From: Lingula anatina
Lineage: Eukaryota > Animalia > Brachiopoda
Assembly: GCA_051362555.1 (NCBI GenBank)
Contig: CM120648.1
Span: 14,566,587-14,630,586, forward strand
Length of the DNA: 64,000 nucleotides
Reading direction: 5' to 3'
Position numbers and translations under genes: made by a program. The notes beneath the pieces are model-generated. The model was not told the origin of the DNA. It did not search any database and saw nothing but the letters and a program-made list of their open reading frames with translations. This document shows, piece by piece, positions 12,561 through 27,200 of the stretch; within the stretch, counting starts at the first letter, position 1; each line of letters begins with the position of its first letter.

Positions 12561-13619
12561 TTAATTGAATTGGGTATAATGACTGCGTTTCTCGAATAAC
12601 GAAGAATAAAAAGCCGAACTCCCGAGGCACTGGGGTGGAGTGCTTCACGCATCACGCTTAATAAAATGAACGTTTCGCGCATCTTGGGAAGTAAAAAGCG
12701 GCTTTCACGGGAAGGAAAATATGCAATGGGGTTGTGAAAACTAGCGTACGAACAATACTGTCAAATGTTTTATAACGTTCTAATTACCATTGCAAACGAA
12801 ACTACAATTACCTTCTCTTAGAGGTATTATTTTTGCAAAATTGAAGGTATTTTCCCCCCATGCACCAGTCCAGACGCCTGAAAAACGCTTGTTCTCAGTC
12901 TCTATTTCAGAGTAAGGGCGCATTTTTGTGATAGGGAACCTTCAAAAATTATATGATCAAATAACATGTTTTTATGGAGCTAAGTAAATATTTAGGATCC
13001 AATTGTCTCCGTATGTTTATTTTTTCACACAGCACGTCTGATTGAAGCAAGGATGAAGTAACATTAGCCAGCTAGCAACGCTGTCAATGTCTGTACGGTA
13101 ATCCGTATCAAAATTTAAGGTCTCGGGTAAATAAATTGTGTTCTATAATAAATATCCAAACAAATTTATTTATTTATTTATTGAGGGTGAAGCATGGTAA
13201 ATAAAAATGTATCTCCCCCTTGGTTCTCAAGTAATGATAATTGATGTAAAATTACTAGATATAATTTTTATTGATTACAAGTGAATAACGTCGGCTTGTC
13301 AGAACCTTTACCTACGACGACGACTGGTGTTTCAGTACGTGTGTCTGTGATCAATAATGTTATGTTATCAGATACCACGTACTCTAAATTAAATAGGTGG
13401 CATTTTCAAACACAGACACTAATTATTCTGTCGGCCCGTGAATTTATAGGTACATAGGTTTATAGGTATAGGGACGTAAAAGTATCGGGCCCCGGTATCT
13501 GTCACCACGTAGATGTCGAAACGTACCTATTATTTGCATGAATTGAGATTTTTTCCTATAGAGCTGCATGGAAAATGTACTTGGCTTTTTACTTACTAAA
13601 GGTAACAAAGGTGTTGTGA

Positions 13620-13865
13620 TAGACAGGTGCCAATCAAATTCATACGGTTTAATTCATTTTTGACGGAGCTGTCAAAAGCACACGACTTTGATTGACAGTT
13701 TGATAAACAAACGTCAATCACAATTATTACAGTCGATAACTATAGTTGTCCAACATGCAAAGTTCCAGCTCTTTTCACCATTTAATTGACAACATTCAGT
13801 TTTGACAGATCCCGTCAAGTAATAACAGCTTGATTGACGGGTTATATAAACAAACGTCAATCAAA
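13620..13865 (+). repeat. Copy of the ~150-bp dispersed repeat at 2790-3107
   Basis: Shared GGTGCCAATCAAATTCA and GTCAAGTAATAACAGCTTGATTG..TATAAACAAACGTCAATC. Confidence 0.65.
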
Positions 13866-15152
13866 TTGTAACAGGGACAAGCAGGCGCAGAGACAAAAAA
13901 TACCCGTCTGAGGTTTTAGTCGTCTTACTCCGTCCTTTAAAGTCAAATGATGTAAATCATCATTTCTATAGCTCAGTTTTTATCTATTATTCTCTTATTT
14001 GTTATCTTTTTCAGTGTTATTTGCTGTGCGTGGGAAGTTGCGTGCGTTCCTCACATCGCTCAACCGTTCAGCAATGTCTCTCCTACAAAGTTGCCTAGTT
14101 TTTTCAGTCTTATCACGGGTGCATACATTCCAATCATCGGCGTATATAAGGAATGGCAGTAAAAATGCATTTAATAAAGTTTCAAATATTTTCAAACTTA
14201 GTAAGCACTGCTAAAATTAATTTTTAAAGAATGTTCTTCATTACTTTCACCTACATGACTTGATTCTTTTTCCTGTCACAAGAGACAGTCTTTGACGATT
14301 ACATTTGTAAGTCTAGTTTGTTCCTGTTTTTAAGAACATTTTCACTTGGGAAATATAATCGTTCTTCCTCTTTTTCCAAAAAAATTTTTTTCAAAGAAAT
14401 TGTTGAGAAAAGAAAATTCTGAAAAGTTATTGTGTACTGGGGCTTCTGTCATGGTAACACAATTTGGTATAAAGAATACACGTTAAATTCTAAGGCAATG
14501 AATAGTTACATGTGTGCCTCAATGCCAGCCATGGATGTTTCAAGGCACTTTTCATATTGCATCCCGTCCAGTATGGGGGTGAGGGGGGGGGGGGGGGGGT
14601 AGAAGGGCGAGGTTATGTTGGGGAGAAGGGAATTATTTTCAAAAGTTATAAAATTGAGGTTGAGCTTTATAACGTGGGAGGACACATTTCTAAGTGAATT
14701 ATTTATTTGATTTTTCAATCAACAACCAATGTCTTTCATTGTATTGCCTCTCAATCAGTGGGTTATATGAGTAAGAGTAACAGTTATGATTAAAAAAAAA
14801 AATTACTACGTGGCTACGGTAGCTGGCCTACATTGCCAGTCCTCTTCATCGGTTAAAATTCTGAAATCAGGCATGATCCTGAAACTTTCTACCAGGAGGC
14901 TACAATTTTTACTCCATTCTTTGGCCATTAGTTTCCTTTGGGTTGATATCGTGAAAATAAAAACACTTATCCTTTAGAAATGACGATAAGTTTTAACATT
15001 TCAGAGTTGAAAGTTTTATTATTCACCACCACAAAATACATATAGTAGCATAAATTATTTTATAATCATAAATGTATTATTTTTAAATAAAAGCAAAACA
15101 TAAAGACTGCATGAAATACATGGAAGATGTCTGGTAATATTTATTTCAACAC

Positions 15153-15320
15153 CTCTCTCTCTCTCTCTCACACACAAACCCATACATACACACACACATA
15201 CATACATACACACACATACATACACACACATACATACATACACATACATACATACACACACACATACACACACAAACATACACAAACACACACACATACA
15301 CATACATATACATACACACC
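15153..15320. repeat. Compound (CT)n/(CA)n/(TACA)n microsatellite
   Basis: Direct reading. Confidence 0.95.
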
Positions 15321-18192
15321 TGCACCTTTCTATTTCTACAATGACCCTGGAAATTAACAGCCATACTTAAACATCAATAAACAAGTCAATGAAATAAAGT
15401 TTCCATTGGCAGATACACCTTAATCAACTACAGGATCAGAGCAGCATGTCAACCCCCTACTAGCAGATACAAACAGCCGTGTTTGCCATGTCACTGGACT
15501 AATACCACACTGGGCAGTGTGAGGACAATCATGGCAAACTGGTTAAAATGGCACTATGATTGCTCAATTTAATCTTTGCTCATTTGAGGAGAAACCTTAT
15601 TGGCAATGAACATGAAAAGCAGCTTTTGAAAGCACCAGTATTTGCACACTGTGGAATTATGCCAGTTGGCTTAAAGCTAGGACCCAGTAAAAAGTTACTA
15701 CAAATCACAACCTCACTGTTTTAAAAGTAAATTAAAACAAACAAGTAAAATAAATATGAAACCATTTCCACTTAAAGCCTAAAAATGCTGTCATCCTTTG
15801 AGAATAAACAAAATATACCCAAAGCCATGACAGTTAAAGAAGACCTATAGTTATTAACCATAACACTAATGTACTGTTACATTAAACGGACAATTTGTGA
15901 GAAGTGGTACCAACATGAACTGCCAGCACAAAGCCGACTCATCTCCCAATCTGACCTTGAAAAAGGTCAAGGTTACCTCTGAGTTCAGATCCAAGTTCTT
16001 CACATACCACTACTATTTAACATATATACGGGCAGTAAACATAGTCTCATCTTCATTGAATATTCAGCAGTAGTAATAAAAATAATGTCTCTTGTAGAAA
16101 TGTAGCTTCTAAGTGGACAGCACAGGGTAATATAAAGGGATTTGTTACCCAACCCCATACAGCAGACATACTGGAGCTCTTACAGAGGCCTTTATATCAC
16201 TGTAGTGTACAAAAAAGTAACTTTCTTATATTACCTGCTTAATAGCTTACATTTTTTCTAAAACACTTTTCACTTGATCTTCTTCTGAATATGTGAAATT
16301 AAAGGGTGTAGATACAAGGTACCCACTCCATCTGCTAGGACATCTATCAGTAGCTACCCGTGAGCTTGGTGGGCAACACATACATGGATGTACTTCAAAG
16401 ATTATCAGTACTACCTTGTATGATTATTGTAAAGTGCATGTAACATGTTGATACAAATAACTGTACAAGCTTTACTTAATGTACTCAAATTTAAAAAATG
16501 AAACATTTTGTTATCTGCTACATGACATAAATCATCTTCCAACAGTACAGTTCAACTACCTGGATATATCTATCAACCAGCTCATACAGCTCAGTTCCCT
16601 GTAATACTGGGTCACTTACTTATATACCAAACTAACCCTAATACTGCATGGGTAACTAAATACAACCCAGCAGTAACTATGAACTAGCTACAGTTAATAA
16701 AAGACAAAACTATCCTTCAATTATCCTATTAAAATGAGCTTGCTTATATACATGTAATTACTGTTTTATGGATGAATAACAAGCTATTAGAGTATGACAC
16801 AAATACCACAACCTTGAAGACACAGGAGACTCAAAATATATCAGAAATCAATTTAAAAGATAAAACATATAAAGATATTCTTAAATGATGAGATGATGGT
16901 TCCCATAGAGTTTTTGCTGGGATACTAGAAAGATGCCTTAAGTGAATGCCTGATTTAGGTTTTCAAATTACCAAGACCATGTAAGGCAATCCACCATTCC
17001 AACCATCACCCTAAACCCTAATTATACATGCACTATACAACAGGAGGGCTCCTTTCAGAGGTGAGAGGAAGAAGATTGAATAGCTGTAATAATTTGGTGT
17101 TTGGGTGGAGGAGAGACATGGAGCAAAAATCTTGTATTTGTGAAGAGGCAGAGAACAGGAGCAGGGAGCCCAGTGAATTAGATTAAAACAATGTAGGAAT
17201 GTTAACAACTCTATCACAGTGCATATGTTGTTTATAATGGAAAACATTTTAATCTCTTTAAATTGATAAAACTTAATAAGGTTTTGATCATCTGTTTACG
17301 TATATTGAAGTTCTGAATATAATGATCCTTCTGAAAGCAAAGATGCTGTTTTCCCATTATTTTTAATATTATTTTGTCATTACAAATAACTGGATAGCCT
17401 TTCTAACTCTACAATATTATGTGCAAAGTCTTACCATTAGTAATGACACTCATTTTTCTTTCAACTCATTTATTCCAAAAATTTAAATATTTCTTGGCTT
17501 ATAAATATACTTACTCATACAAAAACAATCTGAATCAAACAGAACTACTCAGAATTTTTAAAGGAATTTCAGAAAATCATAAAATTTTGTTACTCTTTTT
17601 AAAAATACCACTTCTGTTTTTTTAAATCTGTTCCTTCAAATGCCATAGCAGCTGTAACTTGTCCACTGGCACCAAGGATCAGAAGTCACAAATACATGTA
17701 CTTAGTAGCTAACTCTTTCAACTAACTGCTTTCTGTTGAACAGGCACAAGCCCAGGTTTTAGAAAAAAAAACTCTGAACATTTATTGTGGAACCAAACAC
17801 CTTATGTAAATTTTGGGGGGTTAATTGCTGTAGGGTCATGTAAAAAAGCAGAATTCCGTGATTGTGCGGAAAAAGCTCATGTCTGATTGAATCATGATTT
17901 TTTTGGGGAATAAATAAGCCTAAGATTATTAGATTATAGATTAGACGAAATTCTAACTGTTCAGAGTTCTTCTTTTAGAGATGACTAGGTAATATGAGAT
18001 CTACACGTATTGTGGGCTGATTGTTCTTGAATCAGTTGAGAGTTTTACCAGTAGCACCCAGCAGACTATCCAAGTTAAGCAGACCTACAAAGCAGAAAAT
18101 GTCTATGTGCATGACTGACTATGCCTTTTTCTTCTAAAGTAAACATGGTTTCTTTTCTATTAGTCTTTGTTCCACCATTTTGCCACATCTTT

Positions 18193-18265
18193 CTATAGCA
18201 AAGTCTTGTCCCTTGGTGCTATGTTCATTGTGATCACTCTGGATGTGTACTTAGAACCCTCAAAT
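18193..18265 (-). CDS. GH20 hexosaminidase terminal exon 11
   Basis: TTCCAG acceptor, (R)FEGSKYTSRVITM..TLL*. Confidence 0.7.
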
Positions 18266-21200
18266 CTGGAATCAACAGAACAGCAATACATCAGTGATGG
18301 AAAAAAAAACAATGAGAACCCTTTAACTGCGTAACATAAGAAATTTCTGAAGCTGGACTCTACAAAAACTGCAATCAAAGAATTCAGATATCTTTCAGAA
18401 TCATATGACCTTAAAACAAAGAATGTGGCTCATTACATTATAACAGGCATCACTGGAAGAAAGCTAGAATATCCTAAATCAACCACCACATAGTCAGCAA
18501 AGGAAATTGGTCAATATATCTGCACGTCCACAATACTGGGTAACAATTATGGATTATCATCTTTAAAAGTCTGTCTGAAATGAGACTAAGTAAATTAGCT
18601 TTATCCAGTTCCCACTTTTTGGTGTGTAATTCACCAGATGATTTCATGTCAAATTAAAATATTGCAGTCTTTTTAGATCTAGTGATTATACAGGAAATGT
18701 GAATGGTTTCAATACATGACTGATATAAAAATAAAATGAGAATCAAATTTTACCTGGTAGCAACTTTCACTTTAATGAAGCCTTGTATTGAGACAGGTTC
18801 TGAATAAGGTATCCACTGTATCCCCATGTCTTCCTCTTCTTCAGCTTCATCTTTTGCTATTGCATAAACAATCTGTAGTCCAGGGAAAGCACAATTGGCA
18901 TAGAGTTTGCCTGACATTACCCTACAAATATAATAATAATTAATTGGCATAGAGTTTGCCTGACATTACCCTACAAATATAATAATAATTAATTGGCATA
19001 GAGTTTGCCTGACATCACCCTACAAATATAATAATAACTAAAAAAGCACTCCGAGAACCAAGGCAGCGATTTTTTATTAGTATTGATTATTGATTGATTA
19101 TTGACTGCATCACCACCAAAAACTAATCATTTCTAAGTTAACCCATTTCCGACCTACCCTGAAAATTTCATCAAAATCGGTCCATAACTTTTTGAGTTAT
19201 GTTGATGACAAACAAACAAACAAACAAACAAACAAACAAAGAAAAGACAGACAAACAGGGGTGAAAACATAACCTCCTTGGCGGAGGTAATTAATTGGCA
19301 TAGAGTTTGCCTGACATTACCCTACAAATATAATAATAATTAATTGGCATAGAGTTTGCCTGACATCACCCTACAAATATAATAATAAATAATATGATGA
19401 TTATCTTTCACAAATCATTTGTAATGATCAGGGGTGGATCCAGAGATATTTTCTGATAGTCTTCCAAATGTACTTTGTTGATCCAACCTCCATTTTTGAC
19501 CCTCTTCTGACAGAAAAAAATTAGAAACTCGTCTATGTAAATTTGAAAATCTGATCGTCTTTTGGAAGACCCAGAAAATGGCCTCAATCCGCCCCTGTTG
19601 ATATTTAACATTTTCAAGTATAAATTATAAAGCTGGGAGGGGTTGTGTGTAGAAGGAATCAGGTTCATGTATGGTTAGAAAAATATTCTTAAATATTATT
19701 CATAGTTTAAAAATGTTAAACCTCCTGTTCCATGAAAATGTGACTAGCAAAGGACTTTAGCCCCACAGAAGTTCAAAGTCACACCTTGAAAATGCCAAAT
19801 TGTGAAAACTGAACATTTAAAAAAACATGCAAAATTTTCAAGGCTAGTTTTTTCGACGTTGACCTATACATGCGTTATATATATTAGTCCTGTATCTGTA
19901 TTGTATATATGCTGGGAAAAATCATAACTTTTGAATAAAATATCTGATCAATCTGCTTTTTGAAACAGACCTGTATTTTATAAATTTGCATCAGTTTGAA
20001 GTCAAACTGTTTTTCAAGTGCACAGTGCCAACAATGAGGGACTCCGGTGCTGGCTTTCTGTACAGACACAATGTTGGTTGACACAATGATTGCACCACTG
20101 CTATCTGCATTAATATGACAATGGTTAGGATAAAGCGCAATGCGTGTCAAGAGAGTGTGTTAGATGTTACAGAGACTGGTACAAAACATACCAGGTTTGA
20201 CAAAAAGATTACAGGTGAGAAGCACATGTGGCACTGTCCCAGGTGATACCATGACTGGATCATGCTGCATGACAAGAGAATGTGTTAGGTGTGACAGTGA
20301 TTGCTACAAAATATGTCTGGTTTGTATGTCTTACTTGACTCCAGGAGGAGGCAGTCTGTAGGACACCTGCATCATGTCCAGTCGCGGCAACTCCTTTTGG
20401 CCGAGGGTGTTAGCAAACAGCTCCCAGGCTCTTCTCTTGGCTCGTTCTCGACTCTCAGGATTAGTGACCAATTCCCAAGAGTCTTTGTGCCAAGCTCGTT
20501 CTGCCAGGGCAATGGCGCGAGGGAAGAGCATGCTCTCCATCTGGTGGTTCATACGGACTGTCTCTGACCACAGGCAAGCCTCCATACCTGAAATAACAAC
20601 ATAAACTACATGTATGTTTGATGGAACGTCGCTGCCTAGTCCCACACTTCCCCGCATAGTCAGGTCTACCCTAGGGTCCCAGCACCCATGGATATACCAG
20701 CACCTACAACATTGATTGGACAGTGATTGTTCAAGGTGTTCTCCGTGAGGTTTACCAGCCAAAATGAATTTTCCTGGGGTAAACAGCACTTTCTCCTACT
20801 CATAAATCATTGCTTGACCAAATCCTACATTTGGACAGAATCATCCATCCCCAGGGACAGGCCCCCCAAAGAGATCATCCATCTCTAGGTACAGGCCCAC
20901 CCCCAGGAATTATCCATCCCCAGGTACAGCCCCTCCCCCCCCCCCAGGGATCAGCCATCCCCAAGTACAGGCCCACCCCCAGGGATCACCCATCCCCAAG
21001 TACAGGCCCACCCCCAGGGATCATCCATCCCCAAGTACAGGCCCACCCCCCAGGGATCATCCATCCCCAGGTTCAGGCCCCCCCCCCCCGGGATCATCCA
21101 TCCCCAGGTACAGCCCCTCCCCCCCCAGGGATATCCATCCCCAAGTACAGGCCCACCCCCAGGGATCATCCATCCCAAGTACAGGCCCACCCCCCCAGGG

Positions 21201-24200
21201 ATCATCCATCCCCAGGTAGTGGCCCACCTTCCAGGGATCATCCATACAGGCCCACCCCCAGGGATGCTAGAGTAATGCACTATTGTTGTTGTTCCTCAAG
21301 ATAAAACATACATGTTCATTATTGCTGCATGTAAGATTTGTTCATAATAAACTTGTAAATAAATTGTAGATCCATAAAAAGAAAATTAATTCACCAGCCA
21401 TCCAAAGGTCTCCACAACCATGGATAGCTGTGTCACTGTTTTGATCTTGACTATTGATATTCAACATTATTACAACACCACCAAAATTCTTCACCCTGCC
21501 TCACCCACACACCCAATCCAGCCATAATTCCAAGAAGCCATGTCTATCTCTGATGATAGGGCCCCAAAGTGTCAAGAACCTCATACTACTGATCCTGGAG
21601 AACATGGTGGAAATTATAGATGGGTGGACAGGACAACATGATCCCAAACATTTGTCACAAGTGTGGGGATAGTTACATAATTTATACTTGTATAATAAAA
21701 GCTTGGACTTTTGCCTTTGTCAACTCCAAGCTGTATTAAAACTCCAGGATATATATCCAAAACATTTGATATTAATCAATTTTTACAATAGTGACAAACT
21801 TTTCTTCCAAGATTTTACCCATGATACTTATTGTGCAAATTCAGAAGTCTACTTTCAGAGGCAGAAGTTATGAAAATATGTACGCTGGCATCTGCAGTAT
21901 CATTTCAGTAAAATGTTTTAAGAAGTCAGCTACTATACTGCGTGTACAAAGTTTGCAGATAAGCCTGCTGTCCACAATGGACCATTCAGTTTTTTATGAG
22001 TCTCCATTTATTATACTTTTGCAACTGTTCAGCTCATCAACTTTGTTAAAAAATGATATAGTTATGTCTTACCAAATTATAACAAGTCATGAAAACAGTG
22101 TACAGTCGATGACAACCAAATACAGCCACTTTATTACCAATACTTTGTTCTTACCTACTATGTTTTCTGGCTTTTCCAGTTTGGTACACTGAAAATCTTT
22201 ACAGTATTTCTCCAGAGTCAATTTGTTTCCCCACAAATCTTTATCTAAGTTTGCCCACAGATCATCAGGCATGAAGCCAAACACACGCTCTGTGTCTGTG
22301 TAGCGAGTTGCCCAGTAGAAACCACGTTCCTCTGGGTCTGGCTCGTAGGCGTGGTCAAAGTACAGGTGGGTGGCCTGGGTCATGATGACCTGAACAGTGG
22401 AAGATACAGAAAGTGATTGACATCACTCTATAGCCTACTTCCTTGCAGCGCCACCACGCAGGTGTATCTTAAACTACATTCACACCAGTATAAGATCTGT
22501 GTTAAAACTAATAAAATGTAATCACTTTTTTAATTGATCAAAATGACTTTTAGACACATATATGAAAGTTTAAATCCATTTTTCAACAATGTATTCCTTT
22601 AAAGTATACCAATTACTTGTGCCAGTTTCTTGAACAACAAAAACACACACACACACAAAAACTGTTTGCCAAAAGCCCAAGTTGAAATTGGCTGAAACAA
22701 AAACAGCGCTACACCCAAAACTCAGACAAAATTTTGAGAGCCCTGTAGAAGTGGGTTTCCTCAAGTGTTGACATGTGTGTCCTTGTCTATAAAATACCTC
22801 ATATCCTGCATTTGCCATGGCATAGCCCCTCCCTGCAGCTCCCCACTCCCAAGGATTCATCCAGGCATTGACACGTGGCTGTTTGTTTGGTATGCTGCTC
22901 CTCTCAAATGGCTTTTCTTCATGAAGCATGCCATCATCCCAGGTGGTGATGTCAAGGTCAAGGTCAGCTGGAAAGGTCAAATACTGTTAGATTATTCTTT
23001 GATTTCACAAGAAGCTCCTACTGCATTAGAAACTCACTGGTGAAATCATCAGTGTACTACATCATGGTAGTGGTGCACTGGTAGAATCAAGCAAATTAAG
23101 AGGAAAGAAGATGACCAAATTATACTTTTGTAACATCCTTTGGCCTGCCTAAAGGGCTGAAAGTTTGACAACACTTTTCTGTGTAATATCAAATACATTT
23201 TGCATTAAAAAGCAATTAATATCTGCACATTCAATATTCTGCTGGTGTATCCTCATTATAAAGTAAAGTTATTGTGGTGGGGACAGGTAGGGGTATTTCT
23301 GTAGTACTTATTATAAAGTACTGTTATTGTGGTGGGGACAGGTAGGTGTATTTCTGTAGTACTTATTATAAAGTACTGTTATTGTGGTGGGGACAGGTAG
23401 GGGCATTTCTGTAGTACTTATTATAAAGTACAGTTATTGTGGTGGGGACAGGTAGGGGTATTTCTGTAGTACTTATTATAAAGTACTGTTATTGTGGTGG
23501 GGACAGGTAGGGGTATTTCTGTAGTACTTATTATAAAGTACAGTTATTGTGGTGGGGACAGGTAGGGGCATTTCTGTATACTTATTATAAAGTACAGTTA
23601 TTGTGGTGGGGACAGGTAGGGGTATTTCTGTAGTACTTATTATAAAGTACAGTTATTGTGGTGGGGACAGGTAGGGGTATTTCTGTAGTACTTATTATAA
23701 AGTACAGTTATTGTGGTGGGGACAGGTAGGGGTATTTCTGTAGTACTTATTATAAAGTACTGTTATTGTGGTGGGGACAGGTAGGGGCATTTCTGTGGTA
23801 CTTATTATAAAGTACAGTTATTGTGGTGGGGACAGGTAGGGGCATTTCTGTGGTACTACTGTAGGTCTAGTAATACATCCCCTGGTCAGGAATGAGAACT
23901 AAATTGTTATTATGTTTTCAGAATCCCTCACCATCCATGTATCTACCAACAAAAAAAAAAAAAAATATGTGTTTGTCATCTGTATAGTATGCAAATAAAA
24001 CCAACACAGTGAGAACTTGTATATGTACTGGTACATGCAGGTTACAATTTGAAACAGTGCTAAATGGCAAAGTATTCAGTGTTAGGGGTGTTTTGCTAGC
24101 AGTATAATATATGTAAGTAAAGGTTTTTATACTAACAAATGTCACTTTTTAAAAAACTGATAGGCTAAAGCATTTCTGTAAAAAAGTGCTAGAACCAATA

Positions 24201-27200
24201 AAGATGATAATTATCATAAAATGCCATTTGTTTTCAGAAAAGATTTATTTTATGACAATTACCAGCAATTTTGGCCACTCTCCTCACAAAACCCTCCTGG
24301 ATTTCTTTTCTCTGTCTCCCGCTGCAGGCGGGCGACCCCTCCCACACCCCAGCTGGCACCTCGTCTCCACCAATATGAATACGCTTCAGTGGCGCCACCT
24401 CCTGGTGAAGCTTGATCAGACCTTTGATGACTTCCTCAACAAAACGGAAGGTTGACTCCAGGCAGGGGTTGACGACGCCATCTGTAAACTTCTGCACAGA
24501 CTTGTATTGGGATGTGTCTGCTGGGTCCCTCAGGCGAAACTCTCCTAGAGACCAGGAGAGAGAATATATTTTAATATTTAAAATGTTAATACTATACATC
24601 TAGATACAGATTAAAATATGATATCTTTGAAGATTCATTTTAGAAACTGTCCCAACCACAGGAAAGCCTGGTGCAATGACGATGCAGGTTTCCAATGCTA
24701 TTACACTGTGTAAATGTGGCTTGTTCATACACTTTTATTATACCTGAACACAACATGCCTATAATTCTGTGTGTAGACTGAAAACAGATGTAATGTTCAT
24801 CATGTGATCACAAGATAACACAAAGATAAGCTATGACACAAGTCAGGCTACCTCTCAGCTCCAGCTCAGTACTTAGAGACCATACTCTCACACTTGCCTG
24901 CTTCTTCGGACTTTCCTGCCTTCATCAATCTTGCATAGCGTGCTTCCATAGCCCTGACAGCAGCATGAGCATGGCCTGGCAGGTCAATCTCTGGAATAAT
25001 CTCAATGTGTCTATCTGTAGCATACTTCAGTATATCTCTGTAGTCTGAGGCCGTGTAATAGCCTGATCCACTGGACATGTCATGTGGTCCTGAGCCCAGC
25101 TGTGGAAGGATGCCCGTCTTCTCAGACAGGTCATGCCTTCTCCGCCCTCCTATCTACAGTGAGAAATGAACCAAGACTTGCATCAAGTGTAGCTTTAAAA
25201 TAATAGCAACTCCGTTCTCTCATACTTCATATCCCACATCCCCCCCCGACTTCTCATAGGATTTGAAATTAAGTAACCTTTTATTGCTTTTATAACTAAG
25301 GAATTCCACATTTTGAACTGAAAGATTTTTACTGTGTTGCACTGTGGTGTTTTTTTCAAAATGCAATAATGATAGATCTAAAAAAATCAGACAGTTTCCA
25401 GAAAACAACTATGTTACCAAACTTCATGAAAAACTCTAAAGCTGGAAACAAGAGGAGGTATGTTAATCTGTTCAACTGATTGCATTCAGCAAGAGTCCCC
25501 ATGGAGTTGGATCGATCTGCATAGAATGATTGTTCGAGCCTTTAATGTTATTTCTCTTACATCTGTCACTACAATGTTGCAAATTACTCTTCCTTTGTAG
25601 AAGATTACCCAAAACACAAGATGTGTAAATTTTGTCAGAAACAATGCATATCAGGCATTGGTTTTTGGTCATATATGCCTAAAATGTGAGGGGTGGTGTT
25701 GTTGCTGTTAAGCACAGCTGATAACTGATATCACATTGTAGATGACCAAAGGAAATTATAAAAAAATTAATAATAATAAAATAAAGGCAACCAATCACCT
25801 CAGTCAGCTCTGGAAGTTTCTCAATTTCAACTCTCCAGCCTTCATCATCAGACAGGTGCAGGTGAAGTTTGTTCATTTTAAACATGGCCATCACTTCCAT
25901 GACTGGATAAAGATCCTCTGGCGGAAAAAAATTTCTTGCCACATCCAGCATTAATCCACGGTGTATAAAGCGAGGTGCGTCTTTCATCACAATGTGTGGC
26001 ACGGCCCCCTCTTCATTCATCAATGCAAATAAACTCTGCATTGCATAAAAAGCCCCTGGACTTGCAGGAGCCACTATGTCAATTCTGGACAGCCTTCCAT
26101 TTACTGTGAGGCTGTAGGATTCTGGGTGATTCTCCACCACCCTGCCATCTAGTTTGATGCTGACACTTCCCTGGGCAACCCTGATCACTTTAGTGGCTGG
26201 AGGAGATCCCGAGGATAACTTCACACCCATCTCATTCAGTTTGTCTACAACATGGAGTGATCACATTAGTTATAGTCATGATCCACTAACCACAAAACCA
26301 ACCTATTTATTGATCATATGACAGAAATGTGTTTGTTTTATTAAAATAAACCCTTGAAAAGTTTTCTACAGCAGCAAGTTGGGATCAATTAAATTAAATT
26401 TAAGAAGTAGCTATTTTTTTTTTAAATTTTACACTAATTGTCTGAAATTTGTAAACAAGTCCAAACAGTTGAAGTCCCAAAGTCAAAATTAAACAACAGT
26501 CATCTTGAACAAACTATCACCAAAAAAACAATTTATCCACCATTTTTTAAATGAGCAGACATTCTTTTCTTTTATTTTGTTTCTAGAAAATACTATACAA
26601 GGAACCTGTTGTGACTCAATTACCAACAAAGACTGAAACATCTAGTTCCTTATCCATGGCCAGCACCCAGTCTTGATACTTAAAGCTGATCAGCCTCTTT
26701 CTGTCTGCCCTCAACTCTACAGGGGTGGGGATCACCAGCAGCAACCCGTCTTTTCTATATTTTATTTTGTCATTCTTCTCGTAGCGCTGGCTAGGGGTGA
26801 AGGGGTTAAACTGGTCCTGTTTTAAACGCTTGTATTGCTGTGGTCTGCTGAAAGGGGCCACAAATGCCAGGGTCTCCCCAGCTGTGCACTGTATAATCTG
26901 TGGTTCATGTCCTTCAGCTGTCACATACCTACATCAGAGATCACATTAACATTCATAATACTAATACTTAAACAATCTAATCTTATTAAAACCTGAACTA
27001 GACCTGTCATGGATGGAGTACCCTCTGTAAGGAAAATTGAATCCAAGTTTTTAAAACCTAGATATGCAAACTAAAAAAATAGAATAAAAACATACAGCAG
27101 GACTTTAATATGCTAACCATGGCTTGCACTTACCAGTTGGGCATCACATCTGTTTTAGCTACAGACCATGCCTGACAATCCAGCTTGATGACCACCTTCT

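Larger units (their letters stand above)
8612..12562 (-). mobile_element. 5'-truncated non-LTR retrotransposon, CR1/L2 group (Crack/Daphne/L2-like)
   Basis: APE+RT ORF2, ORF1 C-terminal remnant, AATAAA followed by a (TTGAA)n tail on the minus strand at ~8612-8648. Confidence 0.9.

Noticed and set aside
12560-12572. AATTGAATTG at the LINE 5' junction mirroring the 3' tail
   Set aside because: Too short and AT-rich to distinguish from chance
15055-15364. Cys/Val- and His/Thr-rich ORFs
   Set aside because: Microsatellite translations
20810-21304. Pro-rich and Gly/Trp-rich ORFs
   Set aside because: Translations of the C-rich minisatellite
23255-23857. 55-bp array as another splice-site array
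   Set aside because: About 290 nt from the nearest exon; flanking exons join in phase without it
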